64,000 nt of DNA from Candidatus Latescibacterota bacterium (GCA_963791045.1 CAWBQK010000011.1:160001-224000), one strand, 5' to 3'. Shown: positions 9,018-21,300, numbered from the stretch's first letter. Numbers and translations: made by a program. The notes: generated by a model not told the origin, from the sequence alone.

Positions 9018-10205
9018 CTATTTGGATGTGCCCGACGCCTCGCCCCAGAGATGATAGTACTTGTAGCCGCTGCCCGTACTGAAGAGCACAACGGACTCAC
9101 CGTCTTTGATCCAACCCTGGCGACGAAGCTCGAGAAACGCCGCGAGCGTCGCGCCGCTTTCCGGCGATACAAAAAGCCCCTGTGTTTTGCCGATAAGATT
9201 GGCGGCATCGATCATGGCCGCATCCGGAACGGCGACGGCGGTCCCATTGCTTTCACGCAATGCCCGAAGGATAAGGAAATCACCCACGGCGGCGGGCACG
9301 CGCAGGCCGTCGGCCACCGTTGTCGCGTCTTCCCACGGATCGGCGAATTCGGCGCCGTCATTGAACGCCTTTACCATGGGCGCGCAGCCGTCCGCCTGGA
9401 CGGTGACCATGCGCGGGCGTTGGGGGCCGATCCAACCAAGCTGTTCGAGTTCATCGAACGCTTTCCACATGCCGACAAGACCGGTTCCCCCGCCGGTTGG
9501 ATAGATGACGACGTCGGGCAGCGACCATCCCATCTGTTCGGCGAGTTCATACCCCATGGTCTTCTTGCCCTCGAGGCGATAGGGCTCCTTCAATGTTGAG
9601 AGGTCAAAGCGGCCATATTTCTCAACGTCCTTCGCCGCTGCCTTGCCGCAATCGGTGATGACGCCGTCGATGAGCGTGACGGTCGCGCCGAGCGCGCGGC
9701 ACTCGGCGATGAATGGCGGTGGAACGTCACGCGGCATGTAGACATGGGCCTCGAGACCGGCGAGCGAGGCGTAAGCGCTCATGGCGCCCGCCGCATTTCC
9801 CGCCGACGGAATCGAGAGCGATTTCACGCCAAGTTCGAACGCGCGCGAAACGCCGAGTGAAAGCCCTCGTGCTTTAAACGACCCGGTTGGATTGTTCCCC
9901 TCGTCTTTTATGTAAAGATTCTCAAATCCGACTTCGCGGGCGAGTCCCTGCGCGAAAATGAGCGGCGTGCAACCTTCGCCAAGCGAGAGCGCGAACCGGG
10001 GCTCCTGGACGGGTAGCAAGTCGAAATAACGCCAGAGGTTGTCCGGCCGCCCGAGAAAACTCTCAGGCGTCAGATCCTCACGCGCCTTTTCGAGATCGTA
10101 CCGGGCAAGCAAGGGCCGTCCGCACTCGGTGCAGAGATTCCACAGTTTGTCCGCTTCGTGTTCTCGGGCGCAAAGACCGCATTCGAGATGGGAAAGGTAG
10201 CTCAT
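9018..10205 (-). CDS. thrC: Threonine synthase (fold-type II PLP enzyme)
   Basis: N-terminal CxxC..CxxC, NPTGSFKARG, SAGNA, EGKKT, YPTGGGTG and TGSGYKY motifs. Confidence 0.88.
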   Translation of the reverse strand: MSYLSHLECGLCAREHEADKLWNLCTECGRPLLARYDLEKAREDLTPESFLGRPDNLWRYFDLLPVQEPRFALSLGEGCTPLIFAQGLAREVGFENLYIKDEGNNPTGSFKARGLSLGVSRAFELGVKSLSIPSAGNAAGAMSAYASLAGLEAHVYMPRDVPPPFIAECRALGATVTLIDGVITDCGKAAAKDVEKYGRFDLSTLKEPYRLEGKKTMGYELAEQMGWSLPDVVIYPTGGGTGLVGMWKAFDELEQLGWIGPQRPRMVTVQADGCAPMVKAFNDGAEFADPWEDATTVADGLRVPAAVGDFLILRALRESNGTAVAVPDAAMIDAANLIGKTQGLFVSPESGATLAAFLELRRQGWIKDGESVVLFSTGSGYKYYHLWGEASGTSK

Positions 10206-10267
10206 CGGTTCTCCTGATGTTCAGCGCGGTGATATGTCGTTAATAAAAATCTGCTCGTTAACCAGGC

Positions 10268-11092
10268 TCACTCGCTCTGTTTTCTCTTTTTCATACGGGG
10301 TTCGTTGAGTGAGCGCGCGACATTGGTGACGACGGACCGCGGTGCAAGACGGTTGCTAAAAATAAGCAGTTTGTTCTTCGCCCCGGTGGTGACGACGGTC
10401 TTCTTGTTTTTGATGCCTTTGTAGGCAATGCGCGCGACGGTCGGCGCATCCATGGTCATACGCCGGCTAAATAGGGTGCTGCTCTCGACCCCGGCGCGCT
10501 TGTGGAACTCGGTGAGCGTCGGTCCCGGGTTGACAACAGTAACATATACCCCTGTCCCTTTGAGCTCGTTGGCGACGGCCTCAGAGAAAGAAACGACGAA
10601 CGCCTTGGATGCGTAGTAGACCGCCATGAAGGGCCCCGGCTGATACGCGGCGACGGACGCGATGTTAACCACATGGCCGTTTTTGTTTTCGACCATATTG
10701 GGAAGGAACAACCGCGTGAGGTGGGCGAGAGTAGTGACGTTGACCTGAATCATCCCGAGCTGCTCCTCGAGTGGTCGCTCATAGAAGTGTCCGAGCGAAC
10801 CGAAGCCAGCATTGTTTATTAGAAATCGCACATCGACGCCTGCGTCTTTGAGTTCCTGGAATATCTCGCCGGGTGCGCCGGGGTTGGAGAGGTCCTTAAC
10901 AATGACGCGGGATTCGACGCCGAATTCGGATGTGAGTTCGGCGGCGACGGAGTCGAGTTTCTCTTTGTTGCGGGCGATGAGGACGAGATCGTGACCGTCA
11001 CGGGCAAAGAGTTTCGCCAGTTCGTAACCAAGGCCGATCGACGCACCGGTTACGAGGACGGTTCCCGCCGTATTTTCTTTAGAGTCATTCAT
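10268..11092 (-). CDS. SDR family oxidoreductase (DltE-like)
   Basis: TGASIGLG, NNAGFG and YYASK motifs; start placed at MNDSK after SD aagga. Confidence 0.88.
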   Translation of the reverse strand: MNDSKENTAGTVLVTGASIGLGYELAKLFARDGHDLVLIARNKEKLDSVAAELTSEFGVESRVIVKDLSNPGAPGEIFQELKDAGVDVRFLINNAGFGSLGHFYERPLEEQLGMIQVNVTTLAHLTRLFLPNMVENKNGHVVNIASVAAYQPGPFMAVYYASKAFVVSFSEAVANELKGTGVYVTVVNPGPTLTEFHKRAGVESSTLFSRRMTMDAPTVARIAYKGIKNKKTVVTTGAKNKLLIFSNRLAPRSVVTNVARSLNEPRMKKRKQSE

Positions 11093-11266
11093 TTGTTTCA
11101 TCCTTCTTGAACGCTTTGGCCGAGATTTGCCCGGAAACCCGCCACGCACTGGACTTACACCAGGCGCTGCTTCGTGACAGTGTAACCCGCTAGCTTTAAA
11201 GGCGCAAGACCAGCATAAAAACGCAACAGCATGATGGAGAGATCGTCGCCGCGAATCCCTCCAATT

Positions 11267-11305
11267 AACTAACTGATTTACATACATTGGGTTTCATGAT
11301 ATAAT
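11267..11305 (+). promoter_or_regulatory. Sigma70-type promoter with upstream AACTAACTGATT motif
   Basis: TTTACA(11277)-17 nt-TATAAT(11300). The 12-mer also occurs at the promoter at 18050. Confidence 0.65.
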
Positions 11306-11414
11306 GGTCAATGAAAGCAACGGGAGCGATCATCTTTTTGCTCATGTCCTCACGCGTTCCCGCCGCGGTCACGATTTCCCTTTGACAGTTGAAGTCGACC
11401 GAAGGAGGAGCAAA

Positions 11415-14400
11415 ATGAAAATCCATGTTGTGGTCGTTTGGTGTGTGGTATTTGCCTTTATCTCGGCGGCCGGTGTCGTCGACGCCAAAAACACCAAAGG
11501 CAAGTACGCGAACTACAACTTTTTTGAACTCCCACAGTCATCGGCTAACCCCCCGGAAATCGGTAATTCGATGTTCAAGGCCGCGGCCGCAGGCACAACG
11601 GTGCTGGGTTGGTGGCAGTTCGATTCGGCGACCGGAACTCCAGACGAGCAGGGATGGACCGTCGTCGACAAAACCGCCCAAACCAAAACATATTTTCATG
11701 TCGATGGACCGCTGTGCAGCGGCGCTACAGCGATCAACGGCGCGCAGTCGATGTGGTGTGGTCAGTGGTCGAATTCGGGCATCCCCTGGTGCGGATGGAA
11801 TGCGCTTCCCGGCTACGGCAATAATTGGGAACAGCGCCTGGTCTCGCAGGAGATCGATATGCCCGCATCGATGACCTACACGGCCGTTTGGGACTGCGAG
11901 CCGGGTTATGATTACATGTATGTGGAATACTGGGATGATGTGAGCCTGCAGTGGGTCGAGATCGCGACGATCAACGGCGGACAGGGATCGTACGACGGCT
12001 CGGGCGGTCCGACCATCGAAACCGTCGCGGCGGCAGCGACGACGACCACCCGATTCCGTTTTCACTTTGTATCGGATGGGGCGTGGAGTGACGAGGATGG
12101 GTTGTGGCCGACTACCGAGGGCGCTTTCAAGGTTGATGATATCTCGACGACCTACGGCGCCGGTCCGACGGTGACCGCGGAGAACTTTGAGGGAGAATCG
12201 TGCGACGCGCTTGCGTCCGACGATGGTTTCTGGACGGCTGAACCGGCACCCGGTTTTGGCGTGTACGGTCATCTCGCATCGGGAGCCTCGATCGTCCAGG
12301 AAGATCCGTGCGCAAGACCTTTGTCAAATCTCTGGGGTTTCTTTGATGATCCCCTGATAACCAATTATGCCTGTGGCGGCTTCCCGCTTCAAGGCGCGAT
12401 GCCCTTCGGCCCGGACGACCAGGGGCTTTATTTGCATAATGAAATCTTTTCGCCGTGGGTGCCGATAACGGGAAGCGGGTCGCAGTACCGCTTTGAGTAC
12501 CTCACCTACCGTGACCTTCCTCTGGACAACCTCCAGTTTTACACCTGGGCAGTTCGAACACGTGACGCGAGCGGCTGTCCGACGAACTGGCAAGATTTTT
12601 CTTTTGTCTACTACGGCGGGCAGAAAGACTGGCTTCGGGCGACGTTTGACGTGGGTTCCATGGTTCCCGGATATGCCGTGGATATTCAGGTGTCGATCGG
12701 AGCGTACGACGGCTGTGTTGTGTGGTGCGGGATCTATGGGACGGGCGCCTGTCACAGCCATGCGCCGGTTCTCGACCAGGTCAAGATCATGCGAGTCGAT
12801 GTTCAGGGCCCGCAGTGGAACGTCCGTCACATCGATTTGTGGCAGGACAATTTCCCCGATGAGGGCGGCGTTGACCCGGCGACAAGCTATGCGCGTTGTG
12901 ACATGGCGATAGACGTAATGCCCAACACCACCTGCAAGATTCTCCCCGGTGACTCTCTGGTCGTCGAAGTAACCGATCCGAACGGTCTGGCGAGCGACAA
13001 CACCGGAGGCCGTGCCGGCCCCGCCGTTTATGCTTTCGTCAAAGTGACGGATCGTTTTGGCAATCCAAAGGCGGGCAAGAGTGGTCTGGCCATCCAGTCG
13101 CCGGACAACCAGTCGTACAGTGGCGATACGAGCGCGGGACTCCTTCGGTGGCCTTTTGTGCCCGGAGTCGCCCCGGCCGGCTGGGACGCCTACCGGATGG
13201 ACGAAGTATTCACCGCGGGTGGGGGTCTCGTGAGTGACCGTTTCTGCGTCGACCTTATGGATCTTGGGACGGGCGCAACGGGGCCGCACTACAATCATGT
13301 CAATGAGAACGTGGTGGCCAATACCGGTATTTTCACGCCGGGTGACGTAATCAACTACGTTCTCGCCGCTCAGAACTCACTGGGTCAATGGAGCTACCTG
13401 TATCGAACGTTCAACGGTCAGGGCACCATCACACGGACGACCAGCGTGAACGAGGCCATTGCCGATCCTATGGAATGGTCGGTACTCCCCGACGCGGGAC
13501 TTCTCCCCGGCGATGAGGGTGACATTCTTTTTGTCGACGACGCCGACGACCGCGGCGGCCCCGCGCAGTTGTATTTCGACTGGGCGTTCAGGTATCTGAA
13601 TATCGAGGACCGTGTCGATCGATTCGACGTCCTCGGCCCCTCCTCCGCTGTTGGAAACAGCCTGGACTCGCGTGTGAAAAACTTCTTCCAGCAGATGATT
13701 GGTGATCCCGTTGAAATTTATCAAAAAGTCCTGTGGAACTCGAGTGACCTTAGCTCGGGCCTGATGGGTGACGGCGGTTCGGCCTGCGGCGGAAGCGGAC
13801 CCATGAAAGAAAACGACTATGCGCTCGCTGATGTCTTCCTGCTCTACCACGGGGACAATCCAGGTTGGGCGGCGTGGGGTGACGACATGGCCGAAGAATG
13901 GTCAGGGCTCACGGGGGCCGGTGCGGTCAACGTGAAGAGCGTCTGGATGAACCACGCGCTGGTCGGCGGCAGTCATGTTCTTCTCGGCGAAGCCGTTTCG
14001 CCCGTCGTGTATCAAAACACCGGTTCCCCGATCGGCCCTGTATCGATGCTCGCTTATGGGGGCTGTGCCGTTATTAACGACTTCGACGTCCTGTCCGCCA
14101 CCGGCGCTGCGTTCGATGCGATGTCATACGGGGCCGTAGACGCCGCCAATGCCGCCGTCGTGGCTCAGGCGACAGGTAACCACGTCGGCACAACGGCTCG
14201 ATACGTACTGGCGGGTTTCGGGTTCAACTACATCCGTTCCGACGGATTGGGCGGTCCACCGGATAACGTGACACACCTGCGTGACATTCTTATTTTCTTC
14301 CAGAACATCATCGACGAGCCGATCGGCATCGATCCGGTGGCGTTCTCGAACTCACTCGACAACGCGTATCCGAACCCCTTCAACCCGTCGACGACGATAA

Positions 14401-14627
14401 AATACACAATCGCCGAGCGCGGGCACGTGAGCCTGAAGATCTACAACGCGGCGGGACAACTGGTTCGCAACCTCGTCGACGAGATGCAGTCGCCGCAAGA
14501 GGTCGGATTCTCGAAGACCTGGAGCGGCATGAACGACCAGGGCCAGCCGGTCTCGAGTGGCGTGTATTTCTATAAATTGACTGCGCAGAACTTCACACAG
14601 ACGAAGAAGATGGTTCTTCTGAAGTAG
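11415..14627 (+). CDS. Large secreted Cys-rich protein, paralogue 1 (InhA/MAM-like jelly-roll region, C-terminal FlgD-Ig/T9SS-type domain)
   Basis: SD aggaggag and a signal peptide; WDCEPGYDY...FRFHFVSDGAWSDEDG..KVDDI; C-terminal AYPNPFNP...GVYFYKL...KKMVLLK. Frame intact. Confidence 0.85.
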   Translation: MKIHVVVVWCVVFAFISAAGVVDAKNTKGKYANYNFFELPQSSANPPEIGNSMFKAAAAGTTVLGWWQFDSATGTPDEQGWTVVDKTAQTKTYFHVDGPLCSGATAINGAQSMWCGQWSNSGIPWCGWNALPGYGNNWEQRLVSQEIDMPASMTYTAVWDCEPGYDYMYVEYWDDVSLQWVEIATINGGQGSYDGSGGPTIETVAAAATTTTRFRFHFVSDGAWSDEDGLWPTTEGAFKVDDISTTYGAGPTVTAENFEGESCDALASDDGFWTAEPAPGFGVYGHLASGASIVQEDPCARPLSNLWGFFDDPLITNYACGGFPLQGAMPFGPDDQGLYLHNEIFSPWVPITGSGSQYRFEYLTYRDLPLDNLQFYTWAVRTRDASGCPTNWQDFSFVYYGGQKDWLRATFDVGSMVPGYAVDIQVSIGAYDGCVVWCGIYGTGACHSHAPVLDQVKIMRVDVQGPQWNVRHIDLWQDNFPDEGGVDPATSYARCDMAIDVMPNTTCKILPGDSLVVEVTDPNGLASDNTGGRAGPAVYAFVKVTDRFGNPKAGKSGLAIQSPDNQSYSGDTSAGLLRWPFVPGVAPAGWDAYRMDEVFTAGGGLVSDRFCVDLMDLGTGATGPHYNHVNENVVANTGIFTPGDVINYVLAAQNSLGQWSYLYRTFNGQGTITRTTSVNEAIADPMEWSVLPDAGLLPGDEGDILFVDDADDRGGPAQLYFDWAFRYLNIEDRVDRFDVLGPSSAVGNSLDSRVKNFFQQMIGDPVEIYQKVLWNSSDLSSGLMGDGGSACGGSGPMKENDYALADVFLLYHGDNPGWAAWGDDMAEEWSGLTGAGAVNVKSVWMNHALVGGSHVLLGEAVSPVVYQNTGSPIGPVSMLAYGGCAVINDFDVLSATGAAFDAMSYGAVDAANAAVVAQATGNHVGTTARYVLAGFGFNYIRSDGLGGPPDNVTHLRDILIFFQNIIDEPIGIDPVAFSNSLDNAYPNPFNPSTTIKYTIAERGHVSLKIYNAAGQLVRNLVDEMQSPQEVGFSKTWSGMNDQGQPVSSGVYFYKLTAQNFTQTKKMVLLK
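14298..14627 (+). repeat. 330-nt near-identical repeat, copy 1 (CTD-coding)
   Basis: By eye, 2 differences from 21298-21627 and about 9 from 17580-17909. Confidence 0.9.
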
Positions 14628-14670
14628 AGGGTTGGGAACGCAAGAGGCAAAAATTCTTGAGGGGAATGAG

Positions 14671-17600
14671 ATGACTCAAAGATCACTTAGGGTTTTTCTG
14701 TGTGTCTGTTTTGCGACAGGGTTCCTTGCATCCGCTTCGGTTGCCAAAGACGTGACCGACTACCGGCCGCGGCCCACATTCATCGAACTGCCCCAACCCG
14801 CGGCGAATCCACCGGAGATCGGCATTCCCATGCGTCAGGCGGCCGCCTCGGACACCACTCTTCTTGGGTGGTGGCAGTTCGAAACCCCGGCGGGGGTGCC
14901 GGATGAACAGGGGTGGACGAAGATCGACAAGACGGCGCAAGAAAAGACGTACTTTCACATCGACGGCCCGGCGTGCAGCGATATAACCGCGGTGAGCGGG
15001 GTCAAATCGATGTGGTGCGGTCAACGGCCGAGTTCGGCCGATCCGTGGTGTGGTTGGGCGGCGCTCCCCGGTTACGGGGGTAGCTGGGACCAGTCGCTGG
15101 TCACGCCGGAAATCGCGATGCCCGCCTCTATGACATACACGGCTGTTTGGGACTCCGAGCCGGGGTACGACCGCACGTTTGTTGAATATTGGGATGACGC
15201 AAACGAACAATGGGTTGAAATCTCAACGGTAAACGGAGGGCAGGGATCGTACGACGGTGCGGGGGGACCGATTGTCGAAACCGTGTCGGCCGCCGCGACG
15301 ACGACAACACGTTTCCGATTTCACTTCGCGTCGGATGGGGCCTGGGACGACAGGGACGGTTTGTCTCCGTCGGACGAGGGCGCGATCAAGGTCGATGATA
15401 TTACGACCACCTACGGAGCCGGTCCCACAATCGCTTTTGAAGACTTCGAGGATGAATCGTGCGATGCCCTTGTCTCCAACGATGGGTTCTGGACGGCGGA
15501 ACCCGCACCGGGCTACGGCATCTTCGCACACCTGACCTCGGGCGCTTCGGTTATCCAGGAAGACCCGTGTCGGCGTCCGATATCGTTCCTTTGGGCCTTC
15601 TTCGACGATCCGCTCGTGACGAACTACGAGTGCGGCGGTTTCCCGCACCAGGGCGCGATGCCCTACGGCCCGAACGAGAACGGGCTTTACCTGGACAACG
15701 AGATCTGGTCGCCGTGGGTGCCTTTGACGGGAAGCGGTGACGAATACCGCTTGGAGTTCCTCACGTATCGTGACCTTCCGCTGGACAACCTTCAGTGTTA
15801 CAAATATCACATCAGGACGCGTGGCCTCGACGGCTGTGCCGGTCAATGGGACGACTATGCTTCGGATTTTTACTATGGTGGGCAAAAAGACTGGCATCGT
15901 TTTACGTTGAATATCTCGTCCCTGATCGCATCGGGCGCCGTGGACGTCCAGGTGGCGGTCGGGGCGTGGGATGCGTGCCGCTGGTATTGTGGCATCTACG
16001 GGACCGGGGCGTGTCACAGCCATGCCCCGTTAATCGACCAGGTCAGGGTGTCTCGCATCGATGTCCAGGGCCCGCAGTGGAACGTCCGTCATATCGATCT
16101 GTGGCAAGACAACTTCCCCGAAGAGGGCGGCGTCGATCCTGCGACCGGTTATACGCGGTGTGACATGGCACAGGATATCCTCCCGAGCTTGAACGGATCG
16201 ATTCTTCCCGGAGATTCAATTGCAGTCGAGGCGACCGATCCGAACGGGTTTGCCGTGGACAACACGGGCGGAAGACCGGGAGTAGCGATTTACGCATTTG
16301 TCAAAGTGACGGATCGTTTTGGCAATCCCAAAGCGGGGAAGAGTGGCACAGCGATCCAGTCACCCGACAACCAGGGTTACAGCGGCGACTCGAATGCGGG
16401 GTCTCCTTCGGTGGCCGCATGTTGCCGGAGTGGCGCCGACCGGATGGGATGCGTACAGGATGGACCGGTGCTACACACCCAATGGCGGTGTGGTGGCCGA
16501 CCGGTTCTGCTGCGACCTCATGGATCTGGGATCCGGCGCGACCGGTCCGCACTACAACCATGCGAACGAGAACACGGCGGCTAACGTCGGTATCTTCACG
16601 CCGGGTGACGTGATCAACTACATCCTCGCGGCGAAGAACAGCCTGGGACAGTGGAGCTACATGTACCGAACGTTCGGCGGTCAGGGTGAGACCACCCGTA
16701 CGAGGAGACCTGAGCGACGGCCACTTGCCGATCCGATGGAATGGTCGGTGCTTCCCGACGCGGGTCTTCTCGCTGGCGACGCCGGTGACATCCTCTTTGT
16801 CGATGACGCAGACGACCGTGGCGGCCCCGCGCAGCTGTATTTCGACTGGGCATTCAGGTATCTGAACATCGAAGACCGTGTCGACCGTTTCGACGTGCTC
16901 GGCCCGTCCTCCAATGTTGGAAATAGTCTGGCCTCACGTGTCAAGGACGTATCCAGAACCAGATGATCGGTGACCCGATTGAGATCTATCAGGCGGTTCT
17001 CTGGAACTCGAGTGACCTTAGCTCGGGTCTCATGGGTGACGGTGGCGCGGCCAACGGCGGCAGCGGTTCCGAAAAGTCCGACGACTATGCACTCGCTCGA
17101 CTTCTTCCTGAACAACCACCCGGACAATCCGGGTTGGGCTGCCTGCGGGCGACGACATGGCCGAAGAATGGGCCACCTTGACGGGCGCCGGCGCGCTCAA
17201 CGTGAAGAGCATTTGGATGACCCACACACTCATCGAGTGGGGACCACAAACTTGTCGGGCGAAGCTGTTTCCCCACTCGTCTACCAGAACACCGGGGTTC
17301 CCCGATCGGCTCCGGCACTCGATGTATCGCGTATGGCGGCTGTCCCGTTATAAACGACTTCGATGTCATGTCCGCCACGGGTCGCCGCGTTTGATGCGAT
17401 GTCATACGGTGCCGTCGATGCCGCGTAACGCCGCGGTTGTGGCCCAGGCGACGGCGAACGCGTGCAGGCACAACGGCGCGCTACGTGCTCGCGGGCTTTG
17501 CGTACAACTACATCCGTGATGATGGCTTCGGGCGGCGCCCTGGATCGCGTAACGCCACCTGCGCGACGTCCTTGTGTGCTTCCAGAACATCATCGACGAG

Positions 17601-17909
17601 CCGATCGGCATCGACCCGGTGGCGTTCTCGAACTCACTCGACAACGCGTACCCGAACCCGTTCAACCCGACGACGACGATAAAATACACAATCGCCGAGC
17701 GCGGGCACGTGAGCCTGAAGATCTACAACGCGGCGGGACAACTGGTCCGCAACCTCGTCGACGAGATGCAGTCGCCGCAAGAGGTCGGATTCTCGAAGAC
17801 CTGGAACGGCATGAACGACCAGGGCCAGCCGGTCTCGAGCGGTGTGTATTTCTATAAATTGACTGCGCAGAACTTCACACAGACGAAGAAAATGGTTCTT
17901 CTGAAGTAG
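14671..17909 (+). CDS. Large secreted protein, paralogue 2 (several frameshifts at 16.4-17.6 kb)
   Basis: ORF fragments 14632-16584, 16319-16966, 16963-17181 and onward to 17574-17909 are collinear with paralogue 1. Confidence 0.8.
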
Positions 17910-17988
17910 GAAGATCGCGCGTGGTTGGTGTTGTCCGCGGTATAAAACAGTGGGCAAAACAAAAGGGGCCGGCATTAATTGCCGGCCC
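17580..17988 (+). repeat. Near-identical repeat, copy 2 (CTD plus ~80 nt of 3' flank)
   Basis: Matches 21298-21706, including the downstream non-coding sequence and hairpin. Confidence 0.9.
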
Positions 17989-17995
17989 GTTTTTC
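17966..17995 (+). terminator. Intrinsic terminator after paralogue 2
   Basis: gggccggca-ttaat-tgccggccc followed by gttttt. Confidence 0.75.
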
Positions 17996-18049
17996 TTGAT
18001 ATTTCTCAATAGCTTAGTTGACGATCGTCTTTCGTTCGTCTCAGGCGTA

Positions 18050-18088
18050 AACTAACTGATTGACGATTAAGGGCGTTTGTGTTATTAT
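18050..18088 (+). promoter_or_regulatory. Sigma70-type promoter of paralogue 3 with AACTAACTGATT motif
   Basis: TTGACG(18060)-17 nt-TATTAT, followed by a ~280-nt leader to the ATG at 18371. Confidence 0.65.
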
Positions 18089-18370
18089 ATGGCCCTCTAT
18101 GCGTTGGGGACGTCATCTTCTGGCCCAACACCCATCGCACCGTCCCTTCATCGACTCAGACCAGCTAAGACATGTTAGCAATTCGATATTCTTGCCAGTC
18201 CATCACCAGCCTGGTGGACTGTTCTGTGCGCGCCGACGAGGAGGTGATGTGAGTCGTAGCGTATGTCGGGCCAACTTTCACGCTGGTTTTTGGGAATGTA
18301 TCGCCTTAAATCGAAGCGCAATTCAAATGAGTTGCGTCCACAAGGAAAGCAACGATGGAGGAATGACAGA

Positions 18371-21300
18371 ATGAAGAAAGTGTTCCTTGTGTCTCTGTGT
18401 GTAATCTTTGCACTTAGCGTCGTCGCTTCAGCTTCGTTCGCGAAGAGACACACAAGGTAAATATGCCAATTACAATTTCACCGACCTTCCGCAAGCGGTT
18501 TCGAACCCAGCGGAAATCGGTGGCTCAATGTTCCAGGCCGCAGCGGCCGGAACGACCCAGCTTGGTTGGTGGCAGTTTGACAGCGCCGTCGGCGCACCTG
18601 ATTTTCAGGGTTGGACCGCAACCGACATGACCGCCCAGCTCAAGGCTTACTTCCACGTTGATGGTTCCGGTTGTAGCGGCATGACGCCTGTCACCGGTCT
18701 CCAGTCAATGTGGTGTGGCGAGCCTGCGGGTAGTGGCGATCCGTGGTGTGGTTGGGGCACGCTGCCCGGTTATGGAAATAACTGGTCACAGGCCCTCATA
18801 ACGCCGGTTCTTGTAATGCCCGCACAGATGACCTATACGACCATTTGGGACTCCGAGCCGGGTTATGACTACACTTACGTGCAGTACTGGGATGACGTCA
18901 ACATGCAGTGGGTTGACGATGCCAACATCAACGCTGGTGCCGGCTCCTATGACGGCGCGGGTGGCCCGCTTGGTTGAGACTGTTGTCGTACCGTTACGGC
19001 AGGTCGATCACCAATACGCAGTTCCGGTTCAACTTCCAGTCCGATGGGGCGTGGAGTGATGAAGACGGTCTGTGGCCGACCACAGAGGGTGCCTTCAAGG
19101 TTGACGACATCACGACAACCTACGGCTTCGGTCCCTCCAGTTGAACTGAACGTCGCCGTCTTTGAAGGCTGGAAGCCTGTGGCGATGTTCGCCACAATCG
19201 ACGGTTTCTGGAACGCCGCACCGGCTCCCCCGTTCGGACTTTATGCCCAGCTGCATTCGGCTGCCAGCATCGTCCAGGAGGACCCGTGTCTGCGTCCGCT
19301 TTCGAACCTTTGGGGCTTCTTCGACGATCCTCTGGTCACCAACTATGCGTGTGGTGGCTGGCCGCTCCAGGGTGCGATGCCTTATGGACCGGACGTTAGC
19401 GGTCTTTACATGAACAACGAGATCTGGTCGCCCTGGGTGGCCAACACAGGTAGCGGTAGCCAGTATCGTATGACGCTGCTTACCTACCGTGACCTTCCTC
19501 TCGATAACCTTCAGTTCTACGTCTGGGCGATTCGCACACGCGACATCACCGGATGTCCGACCACCTGGGACAACTTCAACTTTGTCTATTATGGTGGCCA
19601 GAAGGACTGGATCCGTACGACGTTCGAAGTTGGTAACTTCGTACCAGGTGGCGCGGTTGACGTTCAGGCGTCGATCGGTGCCGTCGACCAGTGCGGCGTA
19701 TGGTGCGGTATCTACGGAACGGGTGCCTGCCATAGCCACGCTCCGGTCATCGATCAGGTCAGACTTGTCCGTGTCGATGTCCAGGGCCCGCAGTGGAACG
19801 TCCGTCATATCGACCTGTGGCATGACAACTTCCCCGAAGAAGGCGGAGTTGACCCTGCAACGAGCTTTGCCCGTTGCGACATGGCTCAGGACATTCTTCC
19901 CGGCACAAACGGCTCGATTCTTCCTGGTGACTCACTGGCTATCGAAGTGACCGACCCGAACGGGTTGGCCGTCGATAACACCGGTGGCCGTCCGGGCACC
20001 GCCGTTTATGTCTTTGTTAAAGTGACCGACCGCTTTGGCAACCCCAAAGCCGGAAAAGCCGGTCTGACAATCCAGTCGCCTGACTTCGACGCCTACGTGG
20101 GCGACCCGAACACGGGTCTCCTTCGTTACCCGTTCGTGGCTGGCCTGGCTCCCGCCGGTTGGGATGCCTACCGGATGGATGCCTGCTACACCTCAGGTGG
20201 CGGCCTTGTTACCGACCGTTACTGTGCGGACCTCATGGATCTCGGCTTCGGCGCGACCGGTCCTCACTATAACCATACGAACGAGAACTCTGCGGCTAAC
20301 GTTGGTATCTTCACACCGGGGGACGTAATCAACTACGTCCTCGCGGCTCAGAACTCACTGGGTCAGTGGAGCTATCTGTACCGTACGTTCGGCGGTCAGG
20401 GTGCCATCACCCGTACGACCAGCCTCGCGACGGCGACAGCCGAGCCGATGGAATGGTCAGTTCTTCCTGACGCGGGTCTTCTCGCTGGCGACGCCGGTGA
20501 CATCCTCTACGTGGATGACGCCGACGACCGTGGCGGCCCCGCTCAGCTGTATTTCGACTGGGCATTCAAGTATCTGAACATTGAAGACCGTGTCGACCGT
20601 TTCGACGTGCTCGGCCCGTCCTCCAATGTTGGAAACAGTCTGTCCTCACGTGTCAAGGCCTATCCAGAACCAGATGATCGGTGACCCGGTTGAGGTCTAT
20701 CAGAAGGTTCTCTGGAACTCGAGTGACCTTAGCTCGGGTCTCATGGGTGACGGTGGCACGGCCAATGGCGGCAGCGGTTCCGAGAAGTCCGACGACTATG
20801 CGCTCGCCGACTTCTTCCTGAACAACCACCCGGACAATCCGGGCTGGGCTGCCTGGGGCGACGACATGGCGGCAGAGTGGGCGACCCTCACGGGCGCCGG
20901 CGCGGTCAACGTGAAGAGCGTCTGGATGACCCACGTACTCATCAGTGGAGACCACAAACTCGCCGGTGAAAATGTGTCTCCCAAAGTGTACGACAATACT
21001 GGGGGTTGGCCTGGGTTGGCTGCAGCGCCACCTTCCCCCGCGGCTTTCTATGCCTATGGCGGCTGTGCCGTTATCAACGACTTCGATGTCATGTCCGCCA
21101 CGGGTGGCGCGTTTGATGCGATGTCATACGGTGCCGTCGATGCCGGTAACGCCGCTGTTGTGGCCCAGGAGACGGCGAACGGCGCTGGCACTACGGCGCG
21201 GTACGCGCTCGCCGGGTTTGGGTTCAACTACATTCGAGACGATGGTTCGGGTTTCGCCCTGGACCGCGTAACCCACCTTCACGGCGTTCTGGTCGCTTTC

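Noticed and set aside
16940-20670. Programmed frameshift at the equivalent site (RVK.../IQNQM) in paralogues 2 and 3
   Set aside because: The indel sizes differ between the copies, there is no slippery heptamer, and paralogue 1 is in frame. Cross-mapping between repeats during polishing is more likely.
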